A stretch of 64,000 nucleotides of DNA from an uncultured Gemmatimonadales bacterium (GTDB lineage: Bacteria > Gemmatimonadota > Gemmatimonadetes > Gemmatimonadales > GWC2-71-9). The stretch is from assembly GCA_963757525.1 (NCBI GenBank), contig CAVWRM010000002.1:12795-76794 (forward strand), given 5' to 3'. The notes under the pieces are model-generated. The model saw nothing but the letters and a program-made list of their open reading frames with translations, did not search any database and was not told where the DNA came from. Each line of letters opens with the position of its first letter. The first letter of the stretch is position 1. A program made the translations under genes and the position numbers. This document shows, piece by piece, positions 18,114-26,966 of the stretch.

Positions 18114-18905
18114 TCTGACCGACCTCCCCTCCGACTCGATCTCCCGCGCGAACGACCGGGCCGCACGGGCCTGGTCTTGTCGTTGCTGCTGCACGCGCTC
18201 GTGATCGGGCTGGCGGTACATCACGGCGAGCGGATCTGGAGTCGGACCCTCGCGCCCGGCGATACGGCGCTGCTGAGGGGTGGCGGCGGTGGTGGCGGGG
18301 GCACCCGCGTGGCGTATATTACCCTGCCTGCTCTGCCCCCTTCGGCGGCACCGCGTTCGACGCCGGTCGTGCCACCGCCCGCTGCTCCGCCGAAGATTGT
18401 TCCGAAGCCCGATCCTGTTCCGGTCCCGAAGCCCGAGCCAGCCGTCCCGTCGGCTCCGGCCGATACACAGCCGACTCCGGTCGCGGCGGCTGCTGATGCG
18501 GCCCCGGCCGGAAGTGGTCTCGGACCCGGAACCGGAGGGGCCGCCGGCGATGGGCAGGGTCCGGGGGCCGGACCCGGTGCCGGCACCGGCGCGGGTCCCG
18601 GCGGGCCCGGTGGCGGCCAGGGAGGTACCACCCGGCCGCCCGAGCTGCGCGATCTCGCCTTCCCGTTCGACGAGCCGCCCAAGCAGCTCCGGGGCGCGTC
18701 GTTGAGCGTGACCTTCTGGGTCCGGGTGGACGGACGGGTGGATCGCTACGAGGTCGATCCGGCGATCGCCGACCGGGACTATGCCCGCAAGTTCGACGAA
18801 GTGATCCGTTCGTTCCGCTTTACCCCGGCCCGCGCGCCGGACGGGAGCCGTGTGGCCGGCACGACGACGGTCACCTTCACTCTCCCAGGCAAGAGCAGCT
18901 CCTGA
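18108..18905 (+). CDS. TonB-like protein (second copy, Pro/Gly/Ala-rich spacer)
   Basis: Anchor LVLSLLLHALVIGLAV, a long low-complexity Pro/Ala/Gly spacer, and a TonB-C-like end (SLSVTFWVRVDGRVDRYEVDP...FRFTPARAPDGSRVAGTTTVTFTL). The GTG start lies inside the repeat, so the start is uncertain. Confidence 0.7.
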   Translation: MTSDRPPLRLDLPRERPGRTGLVLSLLLHALVIGLAVHHGERIWSRTLAPGDTALLRGGGGGGGGTRVAYITLPALPPSAAPRSTPVVPPPAAPPKIVPKPDPVPVPKPEPAVPSAPADTQPTPVAAAADAAPAGSGLGPGTGGAAGDGQGPGAGPGAGTGAGPGGPGGGQGGTTRPPELRDLAFPFDEPPKQLRGASLSVTFWVRVDGRVDRYEVDPAIADRDYARKFDEVIRSFRFTPARAPDGSRVAGTTTVTFTLPGKSSS

Positions 18906-18945
18906 GCGACAGCAGAACACTCCCCGCCGCGATATCGAGGACGCA

Positions 18946-20484
18946 ATGAGCCGGCTGTTTCTTCGGAAGTCAGTGGAGGATTGCGAGAACGACCTCATCG
19001 AGCGCGGCGGGCTTCGGCGCTCGCTCGGCAAGTGGCACCTGACCGCCCTCGGCGTCGGGGCAACGATCGGCGCCGGGATCTTCGCCACCACGGGCACCGC
19101 GATCGTCGGCGACGCGCTGCGGCCCGGCGCGGGCCCCGCGATCGTCCTGTCCTTCCTCCTCACCGCGGTCACCTGTGGTTTCGCCGCGCTCTGCTACGCC
19201 GAGTTCGCCGCGATGGTGCCGATCTCGGGCTCGGCATACACCTACGCCTACGCGTCCCTCGGCGAGTTCGTGGCGTGGATCATCGGCTGGGACCTGATCG
19301 TGGAATACGCGGTGGGCAATATCGGGGTGGCCATCGGATGGTCGGGGTACTTCAGAGAGCTCCTCTCGCATTTCGGATTGACGCTTCCGGCGTGGCTCGC
19401 CACCGACTACCGATCGGCCCACGCCGCCGCGGAAGCGGTGGCCGCCGGCGCGACGGATCTGGTCAATACGTATCTCGCTTCGGCCATTCCCGCCGCGCCT
19501 CGCGTCTTCGGCTTCCCGTTCATCGCCAACGTCCCCGCCTTTTGCGCCGTCGCCATGATCACCGTGGTTCTCGTCATCGGCATCCGCGAATCGGCCGGCA
19601 CGAACAACGCGATGGTTCTGCTCAAGGTGGCCATCATCCTCTTCTTCTGCACCGTGGGGATCGCGCTGATCAAGCCCGAGCACTGGAACGATCCCGCCAC
19701 CGGCGGCTTTGCGCCCAACGGCTTCGCGGGCATCAGCGCCGGCGCGGCGATCATCTTCTTCAGCTACATCGGCTTCGACGCGACTTCCACGGCCGCGGAG
19801 GAAGCGCACGACCCGGCGCGCGACATGCCGTTCGGCATCATCATGAGCCTGGTTGTCTGCACCGTACTTTACATCCTGGTCTCGGCCGTCATGACCGGGA
19901 TGGCGCCCTGGCAGAAGCTGGGCACGGCCGAGCCCATGATTACCGCCCTCGCGCTCGCGGACGGCTCTCCCCGGCTCATTACCGCGTCGCGGCTGATCGT
20001 GTCACTGGGCGCCGTGGTGGCGATGAGCAGCGTGCTGCTCGTCTTCCAGCTCGGACAGCCCCGCATCTTCATGTCGATGGCTCGCGACGGGCTGCTCCCG
20101 CCTTTCCTGGCCAAGGTACATCCCCGGTTCAAGACGCCGTACGTCGGGACCATCATCACGGGTCTCTTCGTGGCGACGTTCGCCGCCTTCGCGAACATCG
20201 CGGAGGTGGTGGATCTGACGAACATCGGGACGCTGTTCGCGTTCGTGCTGGTGTCGGCGGGGGTCATCGTGCTGCGACGGGCCGAGCCGGACCGGAAGCG
20301 GCCCTTCCGGGCGCCGTTCGTGCCGTTCACGCCCATCGTGTCGATTCTGGCGTGCCTCTACCTGATGGTGCAGCTGCCGAAGCTCACCTGGATCCGGTTC
20401 GCGGTCTGGTTGCTCCTCGGTCTGATCATCTACTTCTCGTACGGGTTACGGAACAGCCGGCTGGGGCGGCGCGCCGGCCCCTGA
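18946..20484 (+). CDS. APC-superfamily amino acid permease
   Basis: LGKWHLTALGVGATIGAGIFATTG signature, about 12 TM helices, and an FSYIGFDATSTAAEEA motif. ATG 18946 lies inside ORF 18850..20484. Confidence 0.9.
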   Translation: MSRLFLRKSVEDCENDLIERGGLRRSLGKWHLTALGVGATIGAGIFATTGTAIVGDALRPGAGPAIVLSFLLTAVTCGFAALCYAEFAAMVPISGSAYTYAYASLGEFVAWIIGWDLIVEYAVGNIGVAIGWSGYFRELLSHFGLTLPAWLATDYRSAHAAAEAVAAGATDLVNTYLASAIPAAPRVFGFPFIANVPAFCAVAMITVVLVIGIRESAGTNNAMVLLKVAIILFFCTVGIALIKPEHWNDPATGGFAPNGFAGISAGAAIIFFSYIGFDATSTAAEEAHDPARDMPFGIIMSLVVCTVLYILVSAVMTGMAPWQKLGTAEPMITALALADGSPRLITASRLIVSLGAVVAMSSVLLVFQLGQPRIFMSMARDGLLPPFLAKVHPRFKTPYVGTIITGLFVATFAAFANIAEVVDLTNIGTLFAFVLVSAGVIVLRRAEPDRKRPFRAPFVPFTPIVSILACLYLMVQLPKLTWIRFAVWLLLGLIIYFSYGLRNSRLGRRAGP

Positions 20485-20491
20485 GGCTGGG

Positions 20492-21394
20492 TCAGGGCGG
20501 CTCCTGGGCCGCCATCCGCAGCGCGCCCATCACGGCCTCGACCGGCTCCTCCTGAGGTGCCAGGTCCTGCTCTTCGCCCAGTATCGCGAGGACGCTGCGG
20601 CGGAGCGGGCCGTCCACGCTGAGCAGTCCGCCCGTGATGGCCACACCCACCCGGCCATCCAGGTCCATTTTCGGGAGCAGACAGATAGCGAGCTGCGACA
20701 GCTCGCGGGCCGCATAGTCCGCGATCCCTCTCGCGAGGGTATCGCCGTGCTCGGCGATGTCGAGGACATGGGGGGCCAGCGCGGCGACCTCGGCCGGTGA
20801 GGCGCCGGCTGCCCAGCGGACCAGCGCGTCGAAGTCGGCGCTCCGCGTGGCGCTCAGAATCCGATCGCTGAGCGCGGTTCGGGGACTCCGGCCGTCCACC
20901 GCGCGGCTCACGGCGCCGAGGGCGGCGCGACCGATGGCGTAGCCGCTTCCCTCGTCGCCCATCTGCCAACCGTACCCGCCGATGCGATGGCGGTGCCCCT
21001 CGCGATCGCGTCCCACCGCGACGCTCCCCGTGCCCGCGCTCACCACGATTCCGGGGCCGTCGGCGAACGCCGCCGCGAGCGCGACCTCGATGTCCGTGAC
21101 CACCGTGACCGTGCCGGCGATGTTCTCGCTGCGCAGCATCTTGCGGAGCTCATCCCGCTCCTGCTCCCGGCCCGCCCCGGCCGCCCCCACGAGGAGCACG
21201 TCTCCGGTGAGCCGCCCCGAGACGGCCAGCGCCTGGCGGACGATCTCCGCGATGATGCCGGCCGAAGCGAGCGCGCGGCCGGGGCGAACCGCACCGCCGA
21301 CTCCATCGGCGCGCCCGAGAATCTTCTCGCCATCGGAAACCGCAACGGCGGTCTTGGTTCCACCCACATCGGCGCCGATCAGAATGCGCGTCAC
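20492..21394 (-). CDS. BadF/BadG/BcrA/BcrD-type ATPase, N-acetylglucosamine kinase-like
   Basis: Last 300 codons of ORF 20492..22303: VTRILIGADVGGTKTAVAV, VVSAGTGSVAVG, GGYGWQMGDEGSGYAIG. GTG 21394 overlaps the stop of the upstream symporter (GTGA). Confidence 0.85.
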   Translation of the reverse strand: MTRILIGADVGGTKTAVAVSDGEKILGRADGVGGAVRPGRALASAGIIAEIVRQALAVSGRLTGDVLLVGAAGAGREQERDELRKMLRSENIAGTVTVVTDIEVALAAAFADGPGIVVSAGTGSVAVGRDREGHRHRIGGYGWQMGDEGSGYAIGRAALGAVSRAVDGRSPRTALSDRILSATRSADFDALVRWAAGASPAEVAALAPHVLDIAEHGDTLARGIADYAARELSQLAICLLPKMDLDGRVGVAITGGLLSVDGPLRRSVLAILGEEQDLAPQEEPVEAVMGALRMAAQEPP

Positions 21395-22947
21395 ACCTTG
21401 CTCGCCTCGCTTGAGATCGCGGTTCGCCCGGGAACATAACTGAGCGCCACTCCGCTGCCGACCGCCAGCAGGGTGCCCAGCGGCACGTACCAGGGCCAGG
21501 CGAGGCGGCCCACGGGCGCGAGCCACCCCAATCCCGGCGCCATGGCGAGCCGCTTGGCGAAGATGACGACCACCATGACCGCGACCGTGATCGCCACCGC
21601 TCCCACGACGTCCCTCCCGCGCGCGCGAGGCCAACGGCCGGCCAGGAGGTAGGTGCCGAGCAGCGGGCCGTACGTGATGGATGCGATGGAAAGCGCGAGC
21701 ACCACCACCGGCGTGTCCTTCCCGCCGGCCGCTCCGTGGAAGAACAGGGCGCCGCCGATGAGCCCGAGCGCCCAGATGGCGGAGAAGGCACGTCCCACGC
21801 GGAGCAGGTGTGCCGGATCGGTGCGTCCGGTCCAGGACGCGTACAGGTCGTGTGTGGCCGAGGACGCCAGCGAATTGATGGCGGAGCTGTGCGTCCCCAT
21901 GGCGGCGGCCAGGATGCCGGCGATGACGAGACCCGCGAGGCCCGCCGGCAAGTGCTCGATCACGAACGTGGGGAACAGCTGGTCGCTTTGGACGCCCTCG
22001 GGCGCCTGACCCGCCGCCCAGAGGGCCGAGCCGACCAGCAGAAAGAGCAGGAACTGGAAGATCACCATGACGCCCGAGCCCACGAGGGCAACGCGGGCGT
22101 CTTTGAGCGATCGGGTGGCGAGCAGCCGCTGGACGATCAGGTGATCGGTGCCGTGCGAGGCCGCCGAGAGCAAGGCCCCTCCGACGAGCCCGCCGAGGAG
22201 CGTGTAGGTCGATGTGAGGTTGATGGAGGGGTCGATCAACCGCAGCTTGCCCGCCATCAACGTCGCCACGAAGGTGTTGCCGGCGCCGCCCGCCAGCGAC
22301 CATGCGATCAGCAGCGTGGCGATCCCGCCCGCCAGGTAGACCGTGAGCTGCATGACGTCAGTCCAGACGACCGCCTTGAAGCCGCCGAACCAGGTGTAGA
22401 TCATCGTCACGATCCCCATCACCACGATGGCCCACGGAATGCCCCAGCCCGTGACGAGGGCCAGTGGGATGGCGCTCGCGAAGACGCGGACGGCGTCGCC
22501 GAGGAACCGGGAGACGAGGAAGATGACCGAGGTGAGCCGCCGGGTGCCGACGCCGAATCGCGATTCGAGCCGGGCATAGGCCGTCTCCTGCTCACCACGG
22601 AAATATCCGGGGAGCAGCCAGATCGCGACCCCGATGCGGCCGATGAGATAGCCGAAGGTGAGCTGGAGGAACGTGAGATCGCCGCGGGCACCGATGCCCG
22701 GGACGGAGATCACGGTGAGGGCGGAAGTCTCCGTTGCGACGATGGACAGCAGGATGGCGAACGCCGGAAGGTCCCGGGCGCCGAGGAAGTAGTCGGCCGC
22801 GCTCCGCTGGCGCCGGGCCACCCAGAGGCCGAGGCCGAGGGTGAACGCGAAATAGACCCCGACGATGGTGAGGTCGAGCGAATGGAGGGTGGACGGCGAG
22901 GACGGCGAGGATAGCACAAAAAGAGAGGACGGAATGTCGCTCGCCAC
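21391..22947 (-). CDS. sodium:solute symporter (SSS) family transporter
   Basis: LDLTIVGVYFAFTLGLGLWVARRQRSAADYFLGARDLPAFAILLSIVATETSALTVISVPG is a typical SSS N-terminus, with about 13 TM helices. The ORF start at 23016 would overlap erpA, so GTG 22947 is proposed; the start is uncertain. Confidence 0.8.
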   Translation of the reverse strand: MASDIPSSLFVLSSPSSPSTLHSLDLTIVGVYFAFTLGLGLWVARRQRSAADYFLGARDLPAFAILLSIVATETSALTVISVPGIGARGDLTFLQLTFGYLIGRIGVAIWLLPGYFRGEQETAYARLESRFGVGTRRLTSVIFLVSRFLGDAVRVFASAIPLALVTGWGIPWAIVVMGIVTMIYTWFGGFKAVVWTDVMQLTVYLAGGIATLLIAWSLAGGAGNTFVATLMAGKLRLIDPSINLTSTYTLLGGLVGGALLSAASHGTDHLIVQRLLATRSLKDARVALVGSGVMVIFQFLLFLLVGSALWAAGQAPEGVQSDQLFPTFVIEHLPAGLAGLVIAGILAAAMGTHSSAINSLASSATHDLYASWTGRTDPAHLLRVGRAFSAIWALGLIGGALFFHGAAGGKDTPVVVLALSIASITYGPLLGTYLLAGRWPRARGRDVVGAVAITVAVMVVVIFAKRLAMAPGLGWLAPVGRLAWPWYVPLGTLLAVGSGVALSYVPGRTAISSEASKV

Positions 22948-22987
22948 GACCGTTCCGTCCTTTCCGTCCTTGCCCTTTTTCCGTTCC

Positions 22988-23356
22988 CTATGCGGTAAAG
23001 CTGCTCCCGCAGCCACAGCCGCCGGTAGCGTTCGGGTTGCTGAACGTGAAGCCGGAGCCCTGCATGGAGCTCACGTAGTCGACGGTGACGCCGCTCAGGT
23101 ATTGGGCACTGAAGCCATCGACGAAAACGCGGACGCCGTTGAGAGCCAGGACCATGTCGTCGTCCAGCGGCCGCTCTTCGACGTTGAGGCTGTACTTGAA
23201 GCCCGAGCACCCGCCCGGCAGCACGCTGACTCGGAGGCCGGCCACGTCGGCGGCCACTTGCTCCTGGACGATGAACTTCTGCACCTCTTCAGCCGCCCGG
23301 TCGGTCAGGGTCAGGCCGAACCCGGTGGCCGGGGCGTGCTGCGGGATGCTGGTCAT
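22988..23356 (-). CDS. erpA: iron-sulfur cluster insertion protein (HesB/IscA/ErpA family)
   Basis: GLRVSVLPGGCSGFKYSL ... FTFSNPNATGGCGCGSSF (C-terminal CGCG motif). Confidence 0.9.
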   Translation of the reverse strand: MTSIPQHAPATGFGLTLTDRAAEEVQKFIVQEQVAADVAGLRVSVLPGGCSGFKYSLNVEERPLDDDMVLALNGVRVFVDGFSAQYLSGVTVDYVSSMQGSGFTFSNPNATGGCGCGSSFTA

Positions 23357-23401
23357 GCGCCACTCCTTGCTTGCGTTGGGACCGGACCTGTTGGGACAAA
23401 C

Positions 23402-25180
23402 CTAATCGTTGCCGGCCGGGACTGTCAACGGACCTTCAAGCGTCTTGTCTGAGCGTAAGTTGCGTTGTATCAAGAGGAAAGCGCCAATCGCCACGATCAC
23501 ATACACCAGGGCCCGGAGGGGGAATCCCGTCACCACAGCGCCTACGGCAAAAACTGCCGCGTATACGGCCAGTAGACCGGCGACCCAGTTGAGCCATGAC
23601 AAGGCACCTCCTGGAATCCGATCCTCGCTGAAGCCCAGTCGACCGGCCACGCGCCGCCAGCCCGGTCCACCCGGCCGCACCTGACGGTAGAAGCGATCGA
23701 GGGTCTCCTCGGACTCGGGCGCGGTGAGAAATGTGACCGCGAGCCAGACGGCCGTCGACACGGCCACGGTAGCCAGCAGCGTGAACGCGTAGTCGGGCGT
23801 GCCGGTGTCGCTCATCGAATGGCCGAACCGGGCAAGCGATATCGAGGTGACGAACGACGCGACCATCGCACTGATCTCGGACCAGGCATTCACGCGCCAC
23901 CAGTACCAGCGGAGAATGAAGACGAGTCCGGTCCCGGCGCCGAGGCCGATCAGGATCTTCCAGCCTTGTTCGACGCTGCTCAGGAAGCCCATGACGATGA
24001 GGGATGAGACCATGAGCACTCCGGTCGCGAGCCGGGACGCCAGAACCTGAGCGCGAGGGCTCGCATCGGGTTTGAGGAACCGCAAGTAAACATCGTTGAC
24101 CAAGTAAGAGGCACCCCAATTGAGATGGGTGCTGATCGTGCTCATGTACGCCGCCGCGAAGGCGGCCAGGAGCACCCCTTTGAACGGGGACGGAAGGACG
24201 TCCACCATCACCCGGACATAGCCCTCCTCTGGATTGGTCAAGCTGGGGTAGCGCAGCAGGCCGACGAACCCGACGAGGATCCAGGGCCACGGCCTCAGCG
24301 CGTAGTGTGCGATCGTGAACCAGAGCGTCGCCAGCAGGCCGTGACGCTCATCCTTGGCCGACAGGATCCGCTGCACCACATATCCGCCACCGCCCGGCTC
24401 CTGGCCGGGATACCACGCTGCCCACCATTGCACGCCGAGCCAGACGAGCAGGGTAGTCACGGGCAGCCAGGGAGCGTCCATCGGCGGAATCACACCGAAG
24501 GCAGCCTCGGTCGATCCGAAGTGGGCCGAGGCCTTGGCGGTCAGCGCGTCGAGACCGCCGACGGACTGCACGGCCAGCACCGCCAGCAGGATCGAGCCGC
24601 CCATCGCGAAGACAAACTGGAACAGGTCGGTGACGATGACGCCCCACAAGCCGGCGAACACACTGTAGAACGCGGTCACGCCGAAAAGGACAATCGCGGC
24701 CTTCCAGGGGTCGATGTTGAGACTAATGTGCAGAATGGTGACCATCGCCCGCGTCACCCATCCCATGATGATGAGGTTGATCGGAAGCGCGAGATACAAG
24801 GCGCGGAATCCACGTAAGACCGCCGCGGGCTTGCCGCCGTATCGCAGCTCGGCGAACTCGACGTCGGTCAACACGCCGGCCCGTCGCCACAGGCGGGAAA
24901 AGAAGAACACGGTCAGCACGCCCGAGAATGCGCCATTCCACCAGAGCCAGTTGCCCGCAACGCCGTACTTGGCGACCAGTCCCGCGACGACCAGCGGCGT
25001 GTCGGCGGCAAACGTCGTCGCCACCATCGACGTGCCGGCGAGCCACCACGGGAGCGACCGACCCGACACGAAGTAATCCGCGAGCGAGCGACTGGCCCTG
25101 CGGGTGTACGCCAATCCGATGGCGCCGGACACGGCGAAGTACAGCGCGATGATCAGCCAGTCGGCAAGGGTCAGATGCAT
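23402..25180 (-). CDS. sodium:solute symporter (SSS) family transporter
   Basis: MHLTLADWLIIALYFAVSGAIGLAYTRRASRSLADYFVSGRSLPWWLAGTSMVATTFAADTPLVVAG, with about 14 TM helices. ATG 25180 lies inside ORF 23402..25309. Confidence 0.85.
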   Translation of the reverse strand: MHLTLADWLIIALYFAVSGAIGLAYTRRASRSLADYFVSGRSLPWWLAGTSMVATTFAADTPLVVAGLVAKYGVAGNWLWWNGAFSGVLTVFFFSRLWRRAGVLTDVEFAELRYGGKPAAVLRGFRALYLALPINLIIMGWVTRAMVTILHISLNIDPWKAAIVLFGVTAFYSVFAGLWGVIVTDLFQFVFAMGGSILLAVLAVQSVGGLDALTAKASAHFGSTEAAFGVIPPMDAPWLPVTTLLVWLGVQWWAAWYPGQEPGGGGYVVQRILSAKDERHGLLATLWFTIAHYALRPWPWILVGFVGLLRYPSLTNPEEGYVRVMVDVLPSPFKGVLLAAFAAAYMSTISTHLNWGASYLVNDVYLRFLKPDASPRAQVLASRLATGVLMVSSLIVMGFLSSVEQGWKILIGLGAGTGLVFILRWYWWRVNAWSEISAMVASFVTSISLARFGHSMSDTGTPDYAFTLLATVAVSTAVWLAVTFLTAPESEETLDRFYRQVRPGGPGWRRVAGRLGFSEDRIPGGALSWLNWVAGLLAVYAAVFAVGAVVTGFPLRALVYVIVAIGAFLLIQRNLRSDKTLEGPLTVPAGND

Positions 25181-25208
25181 CGGGCAGCCTCGGTGACGAG
25201 TGGCCTGC

Positions 25209-26966
25209 TCACGAATCGGTCCTGCGCTGCAGTCCCCAGCCCCGCGGATAGCGGGGCGGGAGCGAGATGGGAAGCCGGCCGGTGATCGCCGTCTCGCCGG
25301 CGAGCGCACGCGCGACCGCCTGTTCCACGATCGCGTTGGAGCGCCACCCGATGAGATAGGAGCCGACTTCGGGCAGCTGGCTCAGGAGATAGGGGTTCCC
25401 GAGCGAAACGAGCACCGCCGGGCGCGAGCGCGCGGTCGTGGCGATGAGCTGCCCGAGTGCCGCCGGCAGCCCAAGCGCGCCGCGCCAGGCCGTGGGTCGA
25501 TCGGCCGTCACGAAGATGGTCACCGGGCTGCGTGAGATGGCCGCGAAGGCGGAGTCGTAGCTCGCGGGCCCGCTGGCCGGCCACAGGCGCGCGAGTGTCA
25601 CCGCGTATCCCCGGGTCCGGAGCTCCGAGGCCATCGCCTGACCCACGGCGCGGTTCTCCTCCTCGGCGTAGGTCACCAGGGTGAGCGCGGGCCGCGCGCT
25701 CCGAAGCGAGTGGATCACTCCGCCCGAATCCTTCACCATCACCAGCGAGCGCCCCGCGATCTCCGCCGCTTCCCGCGCCATCTCCGCGCTGCCCACGACC
25801 GCAGGGATGCTGTCGAGCGGCACGGTGCGCGCCCGGAACAGGCCGAGCGAGCGCTTGAGCGCGAGCACGCGACGCACCGAGCGGTCGAGACGCTCGCTCG
25901 TGATCTCTCCGCGATCCATCGCGGCGGCCATTGCGTCGATGGCGGCGCCCGGCTCGGCCGGCTGCAGCAGCAGATCCGCCCCCGCGAGAAAGGCCCGCAC
26001 GCCCGCCTCGGCTCCGTAGCGTGCGGCGATGCCCGACATGTTGAGCGCGTCGGTGACCACGAGCCCCTGAAAGTGGAGCGAGTCGCGCAGGATGCCGGTG
26101 AGGATGTTGGGCGCCACGGTGCCCGGCCGGGTCTCGCCGGGGTCGATCCCGGGCAGCGCGATGTGCGCCGACATGACCACCTGCACCCCCGCCGCGATGG
26201 CCGCGCGGAACGGCACGAGCTCCACCGAATCGAGACGCGCCCAGGTCGCGTCGATGACCGGTAGCGCGATGTGCGAGTCAGTGCCCGTGTCGCCGTGTCC
26301 GGGAAAATGCTTCGCCGTGGCGAGCATCCCGTGATCCTGCAGCCCGCGGACCTCGGCCGCGACCATCCGGGCGACGAGGGCGGGGTCCTCACCGAACGAG
26401 CGCGTGTTGATGATGGGATTGGCGGGATTGTTGTTGACGTCGGCTACCGGCGCGAACGCGAGATGCACGCCCACCGCCCGCCCCTCGAGCGCCGTGATCC
26501 GTCCGATCTCATAGGCGGCGCTGTCGCTCCCGGTGGCGCCCACACCCATATTGGGTGGCAGCGGCGTCCCCCCGGCGAACCGCAGGCTGGTGCCGCCCTC
26601 GAAATCCGATGCGATGAGGAGCGGGAAACGGGAGCGCTGCTGCAGGCGATTCAGCTTGGCGGCGATGTCGAGCGGCGAGCCGATCGAGACGATGAGGCCG
26701 CCGACGTGGAGCGAGTCCACCCAGGTCTCCGCGCGCGCGAACCCGTCGTCGTCGTAGGCCGCGTAGGTGCCGGGAATCCACGGCACCACGAGCTGCGCGA
26801 TCCGGTCGCGCACCGACATCCCGGCCAGCAGCTCGTCCACTTCGGGATCGAAGAGATTTTTGCGGGTGGGTGGCAGGGGGACGGGATGCGGCGGTGTCAC
26901 GCGCGGGCCCGACGGGGCGCACGCGCACACCAGGACCATCAGGACCGCGAGGCGTCTGAGGTGCAC
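25209..26966 (-). CDS. nagZ: glycoside hydrolase family 3 beta-N-acetylhexosaminidase (NagZ-like) lipoprotein
   Basis: LLIASDFEGG, NNNPANPIINTRSFGEDP and KHFPGHGDTGTDSHIALP (GH3 motifs). A signal/lipobox (VHLRRLAVLMVLVCAC) starts at GTG 26966. The upstream 197 codons of ORF 25209..27557 are antisense to namZ. Confidence 0.85.
   Translation of the reverse strand: MHLRRLAVLMVLVCACAPSGPRVTPPHPVPLPPTRKNLFDPEVDELLAGMSVRDRIAQLVVPWIPGTYAAYDDDGFARAETWVDSLHVGGLIVSIGSPLDIAAKLNRLQQRSRFPLLIASDFEGGTSLRFAGGTPLPPNMGVGATGSDSAAYEIGRITALEGRAVGVHLAFAPVADVNNNPANPIINTRSFGEDPALVARMVAAEVRGLQDHGMLATAKHFPGHGDTGTDSHIALPVIDATWARLDSVELVPFRAAIAAGVQVVMSAHIALPGIDPGETRPGTVAPNILTGILRDSLHFQGLVVTDALNMSGIAARYGAEAGVRAFLAGADLLLQPAEPGAAIDAMAAAMDRGEITSERLDRSVRRVLALKRSLGLFRARTVPLDSIPAVVGSAEMAREAAEIAGRSLVMVKDSGGVIHSLRSARPALTLVTYAEEENRAVGQAMASELRTRGYAVTLARLWPASGPASYDSAFAAISRSPVTIFVTADRPTAWRGALGLPAALGQLIATTARSRPAVLVSLGNPYLLSQLPEVGSYLIGWRSNAIVEQAVARALAGETAITGRLPISLPPRYPRGWGLQRRTDS

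Noticed and set aside
21395-22303. N-terminal 300 codons of ORF 20492..22303, which would make a 603-aa kinase
   Set aside because: That part lies out of frame within the SSS transporter gene (21391..22947) and is Arg/Gly/Pro-rich. The kinase fold starts at VTRILIGADVGG with a GTGA coupling.
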